NCBI GenBank assembly: GCA_963662435.1
Contig: OY759598.1
Span: 62,001 to 126,000 of the forward strand
Direction: 5' to 3'
Source: Dehalococcoidia bacterium
Lineage (GTDB): Bacteria > Chloroflexota > Dehalococcoidia > Lucifugimonadales > VXLM01
DNA length: 64,000 bases
Shown here: positions 10,179-20,701 of the stretch, piece after piece
Position numbering within the stretch: position 1 is the stretch's first letter
Layout: the number at the start of each line of letters is the position of its first letter
Made by a program: the position numbers and the translations under genes
Notes under the pieces: generated by a model
The model's input: the letters and a program-made list of their open reading frames with translations, nothing else
Told to the model about the DNA's origin: nothing
The model's database searches: none

Positions 10179-11794
10179 TCGGCAAACTCGATCTGCAGCT
10201 CTACGTGACGCAGAGACAGTGTCCGGTCCTTCATTACCGTTCGCATGATCGTGCGTACTTCTATCTCGTTCCTGCCCTTCCTGAACGGTGGGCCGTCGAT
10301 CTCGTATTCGATCACGCCGCCTTCGTATTCAACCTGGGCAAGTCGTTCAGGGAATTTTGTCCACTCCTGACGGCTCCATGATCCGAACTGACGAGTGGCG
10401 TTTCCCGATGGCAAGAGAACTCCGTTAACCCAGACCTCGAGGTCGTCTTCCGCCGTCAAACTTGTCAGGCCCAGTCCCAGGGTACACCACGCAATCTCTC
10501 CGTCCGCCGCGGCCTGTTCAACGTCGTCACCAATCGTCAGGGTCAGTAACGCTCCACGACCCGTCAGGTTGAAGCCCAGGTCCACGGGCAATTGTACGTG
10601 GGGGACCGCGTATCTGAAGGCATACGAGTGCAGGTCGTTGGGGTTGAGGCGCTCCATGAACTCCCACTCATACCGCTTTGTGGCGCCCGCCAGGAGGTCA
10701 GGGTCGGCAAGAACGTTGAACACCCTGCGCTTCCAGTCGGCAGACTTATGCCAGTAGTTGAAGAGGTAGAGACCCGAGGCGCCTCCCTCGTAGTGGCGTG
10801 AGGCTATGGCATTGAGAGAGTCATCCTCCGTCGCCGGACGCAATGACTCCACCGGGCCTAGTATTTGGCTCTCGGTACCCTCCGCTACCTCTACGAACTC
10901 CTCAATTGGGGCGTGAAGGGGAATGAAGCCTCCACCAGCAGCGACGGTGTCTACCAGTCCTTCGCGAATCCACGTTTCGACATCAAGGCCGATGCGGGCA
11001 GCGTCGGCGAGCGTGGGCGGGACTCGAACGAGCACCTCAAGGTCGAGGCCGGTCGAGGCGGATACCTCGTCCATCCTCGCCCTGATCTGACGCATCATGT
11101 CCGTAATGAGGTGGCGGCTTCCGTAGGCTTCTTCAACACGGAAGAACGCAGGATGGCGCATGAAGTCGAGTTCCACCCCATCCGTCTCGAAGCGCTCAAA
11201 CAGGTCGATGACAAGGGCCGCAACGTGCGACCTGATCTCCGGGCGGGCGTAGTCGAGGCCCGTGCGGTTGCCCCAATCGGTGGTATTGGGAATGAACTCC
11301 TCCCCCGGCTTCCCGATAAGGTATTCCGGGTGGTCGCGCCTGATGGCCCCGACGTTGTCGTTTGAGAGGGAACTGGCGTAGTGAGAATTCATCCTCAACG
11401 ATGGGAGGAATTTGAGGCCTACATCATGACAGAGGTTCGTGAAGATCGTGATGGGACCGCCGTCCGACTCGATGAGTCGACTGAGATTCTGTGAAGCGAC
11501 ATCGCTGTCTCGTCCCTTCGGGGGGTCGTCCAACTGTGCGAGAATTTCAAGCGTCTCGTAACGCTGCTTGCTCGTGTCTCCCATACACCATGAAAGGGTG
11601 TCCAAACCGGAGTCCACGTAGGTATCGACGATCCGCTCTTTGAGAACGGCCGTGGTCACCGGAGTCATGATCTGAGACATTATCCATCCGTCGTCATTTA
11701 CGACGATGCGCTTGGGGTGGGTCATGGGGAGGATCCTTCCTTCAACATTGTTGTATCCAGGCTCGCGTAGACTTCGAGGAATGCGCTGCGCCAT
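10175..11794 (-). CDS. TIM-barrel glycoside hydrolase-like (GHL10/DUF187-like) protein
   Basis: NDDG, SLRMN, LDYARPEIR, DGVELDFMRHP, GLYLFNY. Start may be 11725. Confidence 0.6.
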   Translation of the reverse strand: MAQRIPRSLREPGYNNVEGRILPMTHPKRIVVNDDGWIMSQIMTPVTTAVLKERIVDTYVDSGLDTLSWCMGDTSKQRYETLEILAQLDDPPKGRDSDVASQNLSRLIESDGGPITIFTNLCHDVGLKFLPSLRMNSHYASSLSNDNVGAIRRDHPEYLIGKPGEEFIPNTTDWGNRTGLDYARPEIRSHVAALVIDLFERFETDGVELDFMRHPAFFRVEEAYGSRHLITDMMRQIRARMDEVSASTGLDLEVLVRVPPTLADAARIGLDVETWIREGLVDTVAAGGGFIPLHAPIEEFVEVAEGTESQILGPVESLRPATEDDSLNAIASRHYEGGASGLYLFNYWHKSADWKRRVFNVLADPDLLAGATKRYEWEFMERLNPNDLHSYAFRYAVPHVQLPVDLGFNLTGRGALLTLTIGDDVEQAAADGEIAWCTLGLGLTSLTAEDDLEVWVNGVLLPSGNATRQFGSWSRQEWTKFPERLAQVEYEGGVIEYEIDGPPFRKGRNEIEVRTIMRTVMKDRTLSLRHVELQIEFAD

Positions 11795-11884
11795 TACTCA
11801 AAGGCCGGGCTGCCTCAGCTCCGGCAGCGGAGATTGATCTATGTCTAGCAGACGTTACAATAACGGCCCCTCCTCAGCGGTTAA

Positions 11885-11914
11885 CCGGACATTTCCGGAC
11901 ATTCTCGGACATTT
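11885..11914. repeat. 3 x 10-bp tandem repeat (YCGGACATTY), copy 1
   Basis: ccggacattt ccggacattc tcggacattt. Confidence 0.9.
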
Positions 11915-12185
11915 CTTTCTGTGATTCGGGCTGTTCTGTAAGTTTGTAAGGGTCTTTGCTTGCGGGGTTGGGAGGATACCCCTCTCTGTGTCTCTCCCCC
12001 GGGGGGAGGTTGGCAGCGGTGTAACTCGTCCGCCGGGTGGAAGTTGGAGGTGGACGGTCGTTGACGACCGAGACTCTGGAAGTACCCTAACGCTTTTGTG
12101 GCAGGGGGAGAGGGGAGTAGAGTGTATTGCGTAGTGAGAACGGGGGTCATCGTGGATCCACGGAGAGGTAGAGGGTGCGATTTCA

Positions 12186-12215
12186 CCGGACATTTCCGGA
12201 CATTTTCGGACATTT
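12186..12215. repeat. 3 x 10-bp tandem repeat (YCGGACATTT), copy 2
   Basis: ccggacattt ccggacattt tcggacattt; degenerate third block at 12317-12346. Confidence 0.9.
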
Positions 12216-12633
12216 GAAAGACGTAATCGCGTAATGCATTTATGGTAGAGAGTACGAGAACCTGATGTTGGACTCACAGCAGAGTGCACCGAGGACGTTG
12301 AAGGAGGCCCGTTAGATCTGACATTTTCCAAGATTCGCTGACAATTCGCATTATGGGGCAGGAGCCCGACCGGTGTCCTGATGTAGACTGAAGTATAGAC
12401 CGTATGTTCTCTCTGGTCAAACCTAGGCTGATGCTGTCGGATGTCCCTGAACGGCGAGTAGGGTGTACCCACAGTGGGTCCTGAAATTCTCCGGTCGACG
12501 ATAAGTAATGAGGTGTATACTATACTGTAAGGAGAGTTAGTCTGAACCGTGAGGCTAGTTAGGACGCGAAGTAACGGGAAGCCCCCATTGTTAGCGTCGG
12601 CGTCACGGAGAATGAGCGAGCGCAACGTTGCGA

Positions 12634-13851
12634 ATGAGTAGGTACAGAGTAGCGGGCGCAGCCATGCTGGCCGTCGGGGTACTCCTGTTGACCGCCTCCG
12701 GAGGGTACTACGCCTACGCTCAGTTCGCAAAGACGGGTCGCGGCGATCTTGTCCACGAAGTTTCTCGGCCAACATTTTCGACCGGGAGTTCCGTGTCTCA
12801 TTCGGCGCCCGAGCGCCCAGGAATTCAACCTGATGCGGTACAACCACAGGAAGACGCATCTGTGACCTCGTCACCCGGAGTCAGTGACCTAGACCCAGGG
12901 TCTTCCACAAACTCATCCACGGAAGTCGTCCGGTTTGGCTTGGGAGGTGACGAGACTGCCGTCTCTGACACTTCGGCGATGTCCTCTTCCGACCCCTCAG
13001 GATCCCACCAAGACCTCGACACGACATCGCTAGTGGACGTTGATGCCTCAGTCCAGGAAACGCTGGATAGGTTCCTGGCAAGAGACAGAGTGAGCATCAT
13101 CACCGGAAATTTGGACGGAAAAGTCAGCACGGCGATTGATGCACTGCTGCTACTTCAAGCCCATCGTCCGGGATATGTTGTCCGTGAATCGGAGCCCCAA
13201 GTAGAAACACTGCCGGTCGAGCCACCCGACGTAAGCGACACGTCTCCTTCGATCCGTATCAATACACGAGGGAAAGAGCGAGACCCTGTGGCGAGCAGCA
13301 GCTTGATTGCAGAACTCAAGGAAGGGGCCTATACTCGCGCCCCGAACACCATACCTGAATCCGAGTTCGCCACTCGCATAATTGTTGAGGGAATCGGCCT
13401 TCGAGCCGAGGTCAAAGAGCTTGAGGTCATCGAAGAGGGCGACAGCAGGGCGTGGGAGACGCCGAAGCACGTCGTGGGCCACATCCCCACAACCTCAAAA
13501 CCGGGCTCCTCGGGCCAAGGGTGGTACTTCGGGCACCTTGAGAGCCCGATCAGCGGCGAAGGCAACATTTTCCACCGCCTGCCGGAGCTCGCCTCACGAT
13601 TCAAGGAAGGCGAACATTTCAGCATCAAATTGGACGCCGGGACGAAGAGGTACGTATACCAGGTCTACCGTACGATCGTTATTCACGCCAGCGAATTCGC
13701 GGTGTCGGATTCCGGGTTGAATGACATCACGCTGGTCGCCTGCTGGCCTCAGTACGAGTACTCCGAGCGGGTCATTGTGACGGCAGCGTTGGTGGAAGTC
13801 GCAGATATTCCTGAGTCTGAACGCATCGAGCCCGCCTCGGGTGAATCGTAG
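12634..13851 (+). CDS. Sortase with N-terminal TM anchor and long low-complexity linker
   Basis: N-terminal TM; GWYFGH (His), ITLVAC (Cys), ERVIVTA (Arg). Confidence 0.85.
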   Translation: MSRYRVAGAAMLAVGVLLLTASGGYYAYAQFAKTGRGDLVHEVSRPTFSTGSSVSHSAPERPGIQPDAVQPQEDASVTSSPGVSDLDPGSSTNSSTEVVRFGLGGDETAVSDTSAMSSSDPSGSHQDLDTTSLVDVDASVQETLDRFLARDRVSIITGNLDGKVSTAIDALLLLQAHRPGYVVRESEPQVETLPVEPPDVSDTSPSIRINTRGKERDPVASSSLIAELKEGAYTRAPNTIPESEFATRIIVEGIGLRAEVKELEVIEEGDSRAWETPKHVVGHIPTTSKPGSSGQGWYFGHLESPISGEGNIFHRLPELASRFKEGEHFSIKLDAGTKRYVYQVYRTIVIHASEFAVSDSGLNDITLVACWPQYEYSERVIVTAALVEVADIPESERIEPASGES

Positions 13852-13924
13852 ACCTTCACCGACGTTGACGTGCCATGATCCAAGCGCGACAGTGGGTCGA
13901 TAATTCAGTTCCTGCCTGCAAGCC

Positions 13925-14530
13925 GTGAGTATCACACTTCGCATTAGCATTGCCGTTGTAGGCTCTATCATCATCGCCGGGATTGTCGGTCTCCTTGCGT
14001 GGGGACTTCTGAACAAGCCCTCGATAACCGGTCTCAGCGGCATAACCCGCGTGGGCCAGCCGGCGCCCGATTTCAGCATGGAACTGATCAGGGACGGAAA
14101 TATCACGCTCTCGGAGCAGCGAGGGAGCGTCGTTGTTATTAACTTCTGGGCATCTTCCTGTCCTCCATGTCGCACCGAGGCGCGCGACCTCGAGGCCGCC
14201 TGGAGAGATTATCAGGGCAAGGACGTCGTCTTCATCGGCGCCAACATCCAAGACAGGGCCGAGCCGGCAGGGCGATTCCTTGACGAATTCGGGGTGACTT
14301 ACCCGAACGGCCTCGATGAGGGTGGACGAATATCCATCGACTACGGGGTGGTGGGAATTCCGGTAACTTTCGTCGTTGACGGAGAGGGAAAGGTGGCGCG
14401 AAGATGGGTTGGGGAGATCGACCCCGAACGGCTCACGACATGGATTGATGAGCTCCTAGCGGGCGTAGCCTCCGACGGAGAGACGGAAGGCGCGAACGAG
14501 GACAGCTACTACACGTTGGACGAGCTGTAA
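13925..14530 (+). CDS. TlpA/ResA family thiol-disulfide oxidoreductase
   Basis: TM anchor, APDF, VVINFWASSCPPC, YGVVGIPVTFVVD. Confidence 0.92.
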   Translation: MSITLRISIAVVGSIIIAGIVGLLAWGLLNKPSITGLSGITRVGQPAPDFSMELIRDGNITLSEQRGSVVVINFWASSCPPCRTEARDLEAAWRDYQGKDVVFIGANIQDRAEPAGRFLDEFGVTYPNGLDEGGRISIDYGVVGIPVTFVVDGEGKVARRWVGEIDPERLTTWIDELLAGVASDGETEGANEDSYYTLDEL

Positions 14531-14537
14531 TTTACGC

Positions 14538-16583
14538 TCAGGAACCCTCTCTCACCGTAAGCGTGAATTTCGACAATTGGTGGGTGTTTCGGGCGATTGG
14601 CGAGACGACCACTATTAGTCTCTCCACTTCTTGGCCGAGTACACCGATTGTGAAACCACCACGCCCAATCTCATCGATTTCCATTCGCCGTACGATTTCG
14701 GTGCCATCGCGTCGACGCTCGATTACCAAGACAACATAGTCAACCGGCACGACGTTGTCGATGCGCTCGAAACCCCGGGAGTCCCACTCTCCATCGGTCT
14801 CTGCGTCATCCATGAAGTCGAGTTCAGGGATAGCGATGTCATCGATGATGAAGCCGTTCTCGTACACGGCAGCATCGGTGATATATTCAAAGCGAACGAG
14901 GATCTTGGATCCGACGAATGGAGTAAGGTCTATGCGCTCGTGGAGCCACTCGCTAGATGAGCCGGTGTAACCGTGCCCGTAACTGTTGCCTATAGGGTCT
15001 TCTTCTGTAGTGTGGACACCCTCCAGGATTGTCCAAGTCTGCCCTCCGTCGGCAGACGCCTCGACGTAGGCATAGTCCCAGTCTTCCTCGATATCGAACC
15101 ACGTCATGAATTCAAGGGTCGCCGTCGAGAGAGACGTCAGGTCGAACTCACTGGTGAGAGTCGTGTCGATGGAGTCTCCCCTGTTGCCCCACCAGCACCG
15201 GTCGTCGGAATAGCACCGGGTTGGTACCTGACGCGTGGCGAAGTCACCATTGAATTCAATGAGAATATCACCGCTCATCTGGCTGAGATCGAAATAGCGC
15301 GAAGAATATGGCGCAAGGAAACCGGTGGTTTCGCCGGGTCGGTTAATGCTGTCGATTTTCCGGACTTGAACCTCGCGATTGGAATAGCCGTAAGGACCTG
15401 TGTCGGAATCAAGGTAGTTGGCGGCCACCCAGTCGGCGTACACCTCGTCGAAGTTCGTGGACTGCGGACTGAGGAATTCATTTATGCCGTCTATTCCATC
15501 GGCGGAGTTGTCTATCAGCGACCGAAGACTGCCAGAGTCTCCGTAGTGATCTTGGAGGTAGAGCATGAAGAGAGTCGCCGCTCCGTAGTGGGGAATGCTG
15601 CCGCCCAATTCCTCCCAGAAGGTGAGTTGGGTTGAGGGTCTGCGCAGGAATGCATCGATGAATGTGGGCTCGTAGCCTGTTTCCACCTTCGCCACCTCGG
15701 AAAGTCCCTCGTTGACCCACGACTCCTCGCTGGAATCGTGAGCCCAGTGGATTGCGTGCTGAAGTTCGTGTGCGAGCACCGACATGTAGGTCGGAGATCC
15801 AGGACGGAAGGCGACGCCATCCATATAGAGCATTTCTCGCTCGTTGCTATTCGGTTGAATGTGAAGAGGGAATTCGTGCCTGGAATCGAAGTATCCCGCG
15901 ACGCCGCCACCGAGGTCGGTATGGAGAACGGTCAAGCGCGGGTCGCCGTCTACGCCGGGATTCCAGATGTCCCCGAACGCTTCCAACAACGTTGGTCGAA
16001 TGGTGCTCTCGTACTCTTCCGCGGCCTGTTGCAGGTCCTCATCACGGATATCGAGCTCGTCGTCGACGTACCAGTAGGCGTTGGGACTGACGACTTGGAG
16101 AGTCGCGTCGATCGTGTACGTGGTGTCGGTGACGGTATCGGTGACGAAGAATTCCTCTTGGCTTCCGGCCTCCAGATCGGACTGAATTACCTCCAACGTC
16201 CGGTGTGAGCCTTTGGGCGCGCCGCGGAGACGTTCCGCGAGTTCGTGAAGGTCGCGTTCGGGCAGTTCATGCGAGAGCTGGTGTGGGAGTGGCACGGATG
16301 AGTCCTGGACTACAGTCGGCTCCAGGGCTGGTGAACTAGCTAACGGGGACGGAGGAACATTCCCAGGTGTGGGAGTACGTTCTGATGTCGGAGTTGAATG
16401 TGGGGTTGCGGGTGTGGCCGACGTTTCAGGCACGTCGATTGTGAGGAGTGGAGTATGCACTGAAGACGCGGGGTCCGTCGCTTGCCCGCAGGAAGCGATC
16501 ACTAGCACCGCGATAGCGGCAGTCACGATAGAGACCGGCATTAGGAAACGACTTATTCCGCTCGAACGACGCGACATGCTCAT
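14538..16583 (-). CDS. Secreted/lipoprotein zinc metallopeptidase, immune inhibitor A (M6)-like
   Basis: Lipobox IASC, LAHELQH...WVNEGLSE; C-terminal WFDIEEDWDY..VEAS, FEYITD domain. Confidence 0.8.
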   Translation of the reverse strand: MSMSRRSSGISRFLMPVSIVTAAIAVLVIASCGQATDPASSVHTPLLTIDVPETSATPATPHSTPTSERTPTPGNVPPSPLASSPALEPTVVQDSSVPLPHQLSHELPERDLHELAERLRGAPKGSHRTLEVIQSDLEAGSQEEFFVTDTVTDTTYTIDATLQVVSPNAYWYVDDELDIRDEDLQQAAEEYESTIRPTLLEAFGDIWNPGVDGDPRLTVLHTDLGGGVAGYFDSRHEFPLHIQPNSNEREMLYMDGVAFRPGSPTYMSVLAHELQHAIHWAHDSSEESWVNEGLSEVAKVETGYEPTFIDAFLRRPSTQLTFWEELGGSIPHYGAATLFMLYLQDHYGDSGSLRSLIDNSADGIDGINEFLSPQSTNFDEVYADWVAANYLDSDTGPYGYSNREVQVRKIDSINRPGETTGFLAPYSSRYFDLSQMSGDILIEFNGDFATRQVPTRCYSDDRCWWGNRGDSIDTTLTSEFDLTSLSTATLEFMTWFDIEEDWDYAYVEASADGGQTWTILEGVHTTEEDPIGNSYGHGYTGSSSEWLHERIDLTPFVGSKILVRFEYITDAAVYENGFIIDDIAIPELDFMDDAETDGEWDSRGFERIDNVVPVDYVVLVIERRRDGTEIVRRMEIDEIGRGGFTIGVLGQEVERLIVVVSPIARNTHQLSKFTLTVREGS

Positions 16584-16890
16584 GAATAGTACAACGATCT
16601 TTCGGCGAAGGGGTTCTCATGCGAAAGCGATCACAAGAGTCGAGGATTCATTGATCGGCTCTGGCGCGAATGGACCCTGGGGCTGAGTGGATGGGAGAAT
16701 GCTCCGCTGTGCGCCGAGTGGCGTACAAGATCTGTAACGCAGCGTTTCCTAAATTGTCACCCAACATCGCGGATATATGTGTGATACTGTCTAAAAGGTA
16801 ACCTCTTTTGATGCCCCGCATAGGCAATCGCTGTAGGTAAGGAATCTGAGGGCCAGTTGAACCCCTCAGACTACGAGGCACCCGAGCCTC

Positions 16891-18180
16891 ATGGAGCAAT
16901 TCGGATTGCAGATTCGCCTCAATAGCGGGCGCCGCATCGAACGGGTTGCCCGCTTGTCCAAGCGACCCTTGCTAGTGAGTTTCGCCGGGGTCGCGCTGGC
17001 GATTGCCCTGTCGGCTTGCAGTTCGAATGATGGATCTGCTGAGCCCCTGGATCCCACCCCTCCTCCAACCGCTGTCGAAGTGAGCCCAACACCGGCAAGC
17101 GTTGATGAAGCAAATCTCGGGGATATGAATCACTCCAGGTTTGATCACAGTGCAACGCTGCTTCCCGATGGCCGGGTCCTAATTGTAGGGGGAATGGATG
17201 CGTCATTTAGGCCGCTACGAACGTCGGAGGTGTTTGATCCTAAGACGAACGAGTGGACGAACATGGGGGCGATGAGGCAGGCTCGGACTGAACACTCCGC
17301 GGCCCTTCTGAAAGACGGAAGAGTAATGGTCACCGGTGGAATGAACGAGCACCTGGAGACCATTGGTACGACCGAGATTTTCGATCCGGAGACTGGTGAG
17401 TGGTCCGAATACGAGAGTATGAGAACCGTGAGACGAGGGCACTTCACGCTGCGCCTCCAGGACGGTAGGGTAGCCGTTGTGGGAGGGATAGGACAAACGT
17501 TGGGTGGCCTCGGCATTCTCGCAAACATAGTGGCGGTTGGAGCCCTGCTTTCAACGGAAATCTACGATCCTAATACGGACTCATGGTCCCTGGCCGACGA
17601 CATGCGAGAAGGGCACAGCGGTGGGCTGGCGGTGGTCCTCAAGGATGGCAGGGTGCTGGTTGCCGGGGGATATAACCAGGGTGAGACGCTGGCGTCATCG
17701 GAGGTATTCGACCCGATCACGAATGAGTGGATGAGAACGGATACAATGGCACGCAAGACGTTTGCGAATACCGCCACGGTTCTCGACGACGGATCAGTCC
17801 TCTTCACGGGCGGATTTGGCATGTCCAGGTCAAAGGGCGGCATCATTCCCGGAAGCGAAGTCTTCGATCCGACGACTAACGAGTGGCGCAGAGCGCCGGA
17901 TACCATACACGGAAGAATGGGGCACACGAGTACCCTGCTGCCGGACGGTCGAGTAATTACAATCGGGGGATCAATCGCCAGTGGACCGGTCAATACCGGA
18001 GAATACATGGACCCTGAGACGTGGACATGGACCGAGATCTCCCCAATGTTCGTTGAGCGATCGGGGCATACGGCAACGCTCCTCCGTGATGGACGGATTC
18101 TGGTCGCGGGAGGGGCTCTTCAGACGACGATCGAATTGTACGACGCCCACTCCGATGAGTGGAAGAGCAGCGATCCCTAA
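16891..18180 (+). CDS. Kelch-repeat lipoprotein
   Basis: LSAC lipobox; about seven R..H.A.LL.DGRVL..GG...E.FDP...W repeats. Start uncertain. Confidence 0.9.
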   Translation: MEQFGLQIRLNSGRRIERVARLSKRPLLVSFAGVALAIALSACSSNDGSAEPLDPTPPPTAVEVSPTPASVDEANLGDMNHSRFDHSATLLPDGRVLIVGGMDASFRPLRTSEVFDPKTNEWTNMGAMRQARTEHSAALLKDGRVMVTGGMNEHLETIGTTEIFDPETGEWSEYESMRTVRRGHFTLRLQDGRVAVVGGIGQTLGGLGILANIVAVGALLSTEIYDPNTDSWSLADDMREGHSGGLAVVLKDGRVLVAGGYNQGETLASSEVFDPITNEWMRTDTMARKTFANTATVLDDGSVLFTGGFGMSRSKGGIIPGSEVFDPTTNEWRRAPDTIHGRMGHTSTLLPDGRVITIGGSIASGPVNTGEYMDPETWTWTEISPMFVERSGHTATLLRDGRILVAGGALQTTIELYDAHSDEWKSSDP

Positions 18181-18247
18181 AAGGGTTTGTAAGGGGGTTC
18201 TCCCTCACACTTGCTTGCCGACCCCGGGGTTAGGCTTACCTGGCCCC

Positions 18248-19624
18248 TTATGTGCTGGTGGAAGAAGCTGTTCCGGAAGTCGGAAGCGTTATGAGCATTT
18301 CCGTGTACTCCCCCAGCACCGAAGAGGCCTTGATCGAGCCGCCGTGCTTTTGAACGATCTCGTGGGAGAGGCTCAGTCCCAATCCCGTCCCTTTATCCGA
18401 CGGTTTCGTGGTGAAGAAGGGACTGAACATCTTTTCCATGATGTTGGGGGGGATTCCCGTACCGTTATCTCTAATTCGCACCTCTACTGATTCGCCATTT
18501 CGTTTCGTCGACAACACAAGCGTAGGCTTGAAAGACTCGAACTCGGGTTCATTTGCCTGACGCTTTTCATCAAGTGCATAGCATGCGTTACTCACCATGT
18601 TGATGAACACGCGTCCCATATCCTCAGCGACAACGGACAGCTCACCTGCATCCTGATCGAAATCCGTCTGCAAGTCCACCTGAAAACTTTGGTTGCTGGC
18701 ACGGACGCCCTGGTAGGCGAGCATAGCATTCTCTCTCAGTAATTCGTTGATGCTGACGAGGTGCCGTTTCCCACCTCCTTGACCGATCATGAGCATACTT
18801 CGAACGATACGATTGACGCGATCGCCATGTGCCCTAATACGTTCCAGGTTTTCAGCTAGGTCACGAGAAATGTTGGCAATGTGGACTCTCTCTTCAGAGT
18901 CCGAGGTATCGACGCTCTTATCAATTGCCTCGCCCAGATCCTCAAGCAGTTCCTCCGAAGCCAAAGTGAAGTTCCTCACGAAGCTCAGTGGATTTCGTAT
19001 CTCGTGGGCCACTCCGGCCGCCAACTCTCCGAGTTCGACGAACTTCTGGCGCAGAATAGCCTGGTCATGGGCATGCTGCAGTTCGGCCAAGACCCGTTCC
19101 AGCTCGTCATTCTTCTCCTGAAGTTCTCTGGTCAACTCTTCTACGAGGTTCAATTGCACGGTATCTTTCGAACGTCGCCTCAATTCTTCGAGGGCTATTG
19201 CTGCTTCGGCAACTTCGTCATTGCCTGTCGGCTCGACCTTGTATTCGAGGTCTCCTCGTCCTAAGCGACGAATCCACAGCCCAATGTCCTCGAGCCGCAA
19301 ACCGATGGTTACGTACTTATACAGTACGTAGGTGGCCAGACCAAGGGTGAGAACCTCAAGTACAACCAGCACAATTCGTGCGTTGGTGATTGCTCGGTCC
19401 GTTAGGGGAGTCAGTTCCTCCGGTGATTCCGACTCCTCATCAACGGAGAGATGGTGGATGTCCTCAATCAGTGCATGATTGACGTTTTCGATGGCACAGG
19501 TGCCGGCAGCGAGACCCAGAATCACCATCAGTATAAGCAAAAAGATGGCCAGGGTAATCTGGATCGAGGGACGCCGAATACTCAGCTGGTGCGAGAGTTT
19601 TCGCTGGTCTTCGGGCAGTGACAC
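18248..19624 (-). CDS. Membrane HAMP sensor histidine kinase (NtrB-like)
   Basis: Two TMs, HAMP, LAAGVAHEIRNPL, NMVSNA, DNGTG, FFTTK, GTGLGL. Confidence 0.92.
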   Translation of the reverse strand: MSLPEDQRKLSHQLSIRRPSIQITLAIFLLILMVILGLAAGTCAIENVNHALIEDIHHLSVDEESESPEELTPLTDRAITNARIVLVVLEVLTLGLATYVLYKYVTIGLRLEDIGLWIRRLGRGDLEYKVEPTGNDEVAEAAIALEELRRRSKDTVQLNLVEELTRELQEKNDELERVLAELQHAHDQAILRQKFVELGELAAGVAHEIRNPLSFVRNFTLASEELLEDLGEAIDKSVDTSDSEERVHIANISRDLAENLERIRAHGDRVNRIVRSMLMIGQGGGKRHLVSINELLRENAMLAYQGVRASNQSFQVDLQTDFDQDAGELSVVAEDMGRVFINMVSNACYALDEKRQANEPEFESFKPTLVLSTKRNGESVEVRIRDNGTGIPPNIMEKMFSPFFTTKPSDKGTGLGLSLSHEIVQKHGGSIKASSVLGEYTEMLITLPTSGTASSTST

Positions 19625-19712
19625 GAATCACCTCATGCTATTCCGGAGGCATCGGGCGCTGCTACTAACAGTTTGCTACTCCCATGCCGCCGGGGAGGAA
19701 ACGTATATCGTC

Positions 19713-20672
19713 TCAACTTGCAGTCCTGACCAGCTTCTGCATTGAACGCAATTCGCGTGGTGGCTCCATATGCATGCCGTAGTCGCTGTAAGCGACCTCC
19801 GCCACGTAGACGTCTCCCTTGGAGTCGACGGCGATACCGTGCGGAGAATAGAACCTGCCGGACTCGTCACCGTAGCTCTCCCTGCCGACCCGCGCCAAGA
19901 GGGTTCCGTCGGTCTGATAGATTGACACTCGGGGCCCCAGGTCTGTCCCTATTGCGTTGGAGCCGATTCCAGCGAAGTACTCGCCAACGTACACAATATC
20001 GCTTTCACCGCGCTTGTCGATGTATACGGCTGCCGCACGCGACATGTTCACCCACTGCGTCTCGTAGTTGCCGTTCGCATCGAATATCTGCACACGATGG
20101 TTCTCGCGGTCGCCGATATAGACGTGCCCGTTGCTATCTATGTCGATGTTGTGGACGATGTTGAGCTGTCCCTCATCCGTGCCGGACTCACCCCAGGTAC
20201 CGAGGTAATTGCCATCGGGATCGTACGTGTGTACATGTGCGTTGGCGTATCCATCGGCGACATAGAGATTTCCGTTGTCTGGGTTGATGCCAACGTGTGT
20301 CGGTCTGCCAAATGGCTTGCCGCTCATCGGAGGAGCAGGGTTTCCGGGATCGCCAAGCGTGAAAATCAGCTCCCCGTCAGTTGAAAGCTTCCTTACGGTG
20401 CTGTCGCCGGTATCCACGCAGTACACCGAGTCGTCCGGACCTATGGTGATGCCGTGGGGAGTTGTAAAGATATCTTCACCCCATGAGCGAAGGAACTTGC
20501 CTTCGCTATCAAAGACGATAACCGGGTGTCCCCCCCTGTTGAACACATAGACATTGTCACTGCTGTCCACTGCCACAGCGGTGGCCTCCCGATAGACCCA
20601 GCCTTCGGGCAGTTCGCCCCAATTGTCACCTGAAACCTCATAGGTATATTCGCCACTGCCTAGTTGTACCAT
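19713..20672 (-). CDS. NHL-repeat protein (PAL-like beta-propeller)
   Basis: VYVFNRG, PHGI, YVADGYAN, DRENHRVQIFD, PHGIAVDSKGDVYVAEV. Confidence 0.88.
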   Translation of the reverse strand: MVQLGSGEYTYEVSGDNWGELPEGWVYREATAVAVDSSDNVYVFNRGGHPVIVFDSEGKFLRSWGEDIFTTPHGITIGPDDSVYCVDTGDSTVRKLSTDGELIFTLGDPGNPAPPMSGKPFGRPTHVGINPDNGNLYVADGYANAHVHTYDPDGNYLGTWGESGTDEGQLNIVHNIDIDSNGHVYIGDRENHRVQIFDANGNYETQWVNMSRAAAVYIDKRGESDIVYVGEYFAGIGSNAIGTDLGPRVSIYQTDGTLLARVGRESYGDESGRFYSPHGIAVDSKGDVYVAEVAYSDYGMHMEPPRELRSMQKLVRTAS

Positions 20673-20701
20673 CTTAGACTATTTCCTTCTTTGAGAGTTT
20701 C

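Noticed and set aside
11885..12215. Possible CRISPR array
   Set aside because: Units are 10-bp tandem repeats without unique spacers, and there are no cas genes.
11855..12874. 339-aa minus-strand ORF
   Set aside because: No recognisable domain, overlaps the sortase antisense and spans repeats; probably spurious, though not excluded.
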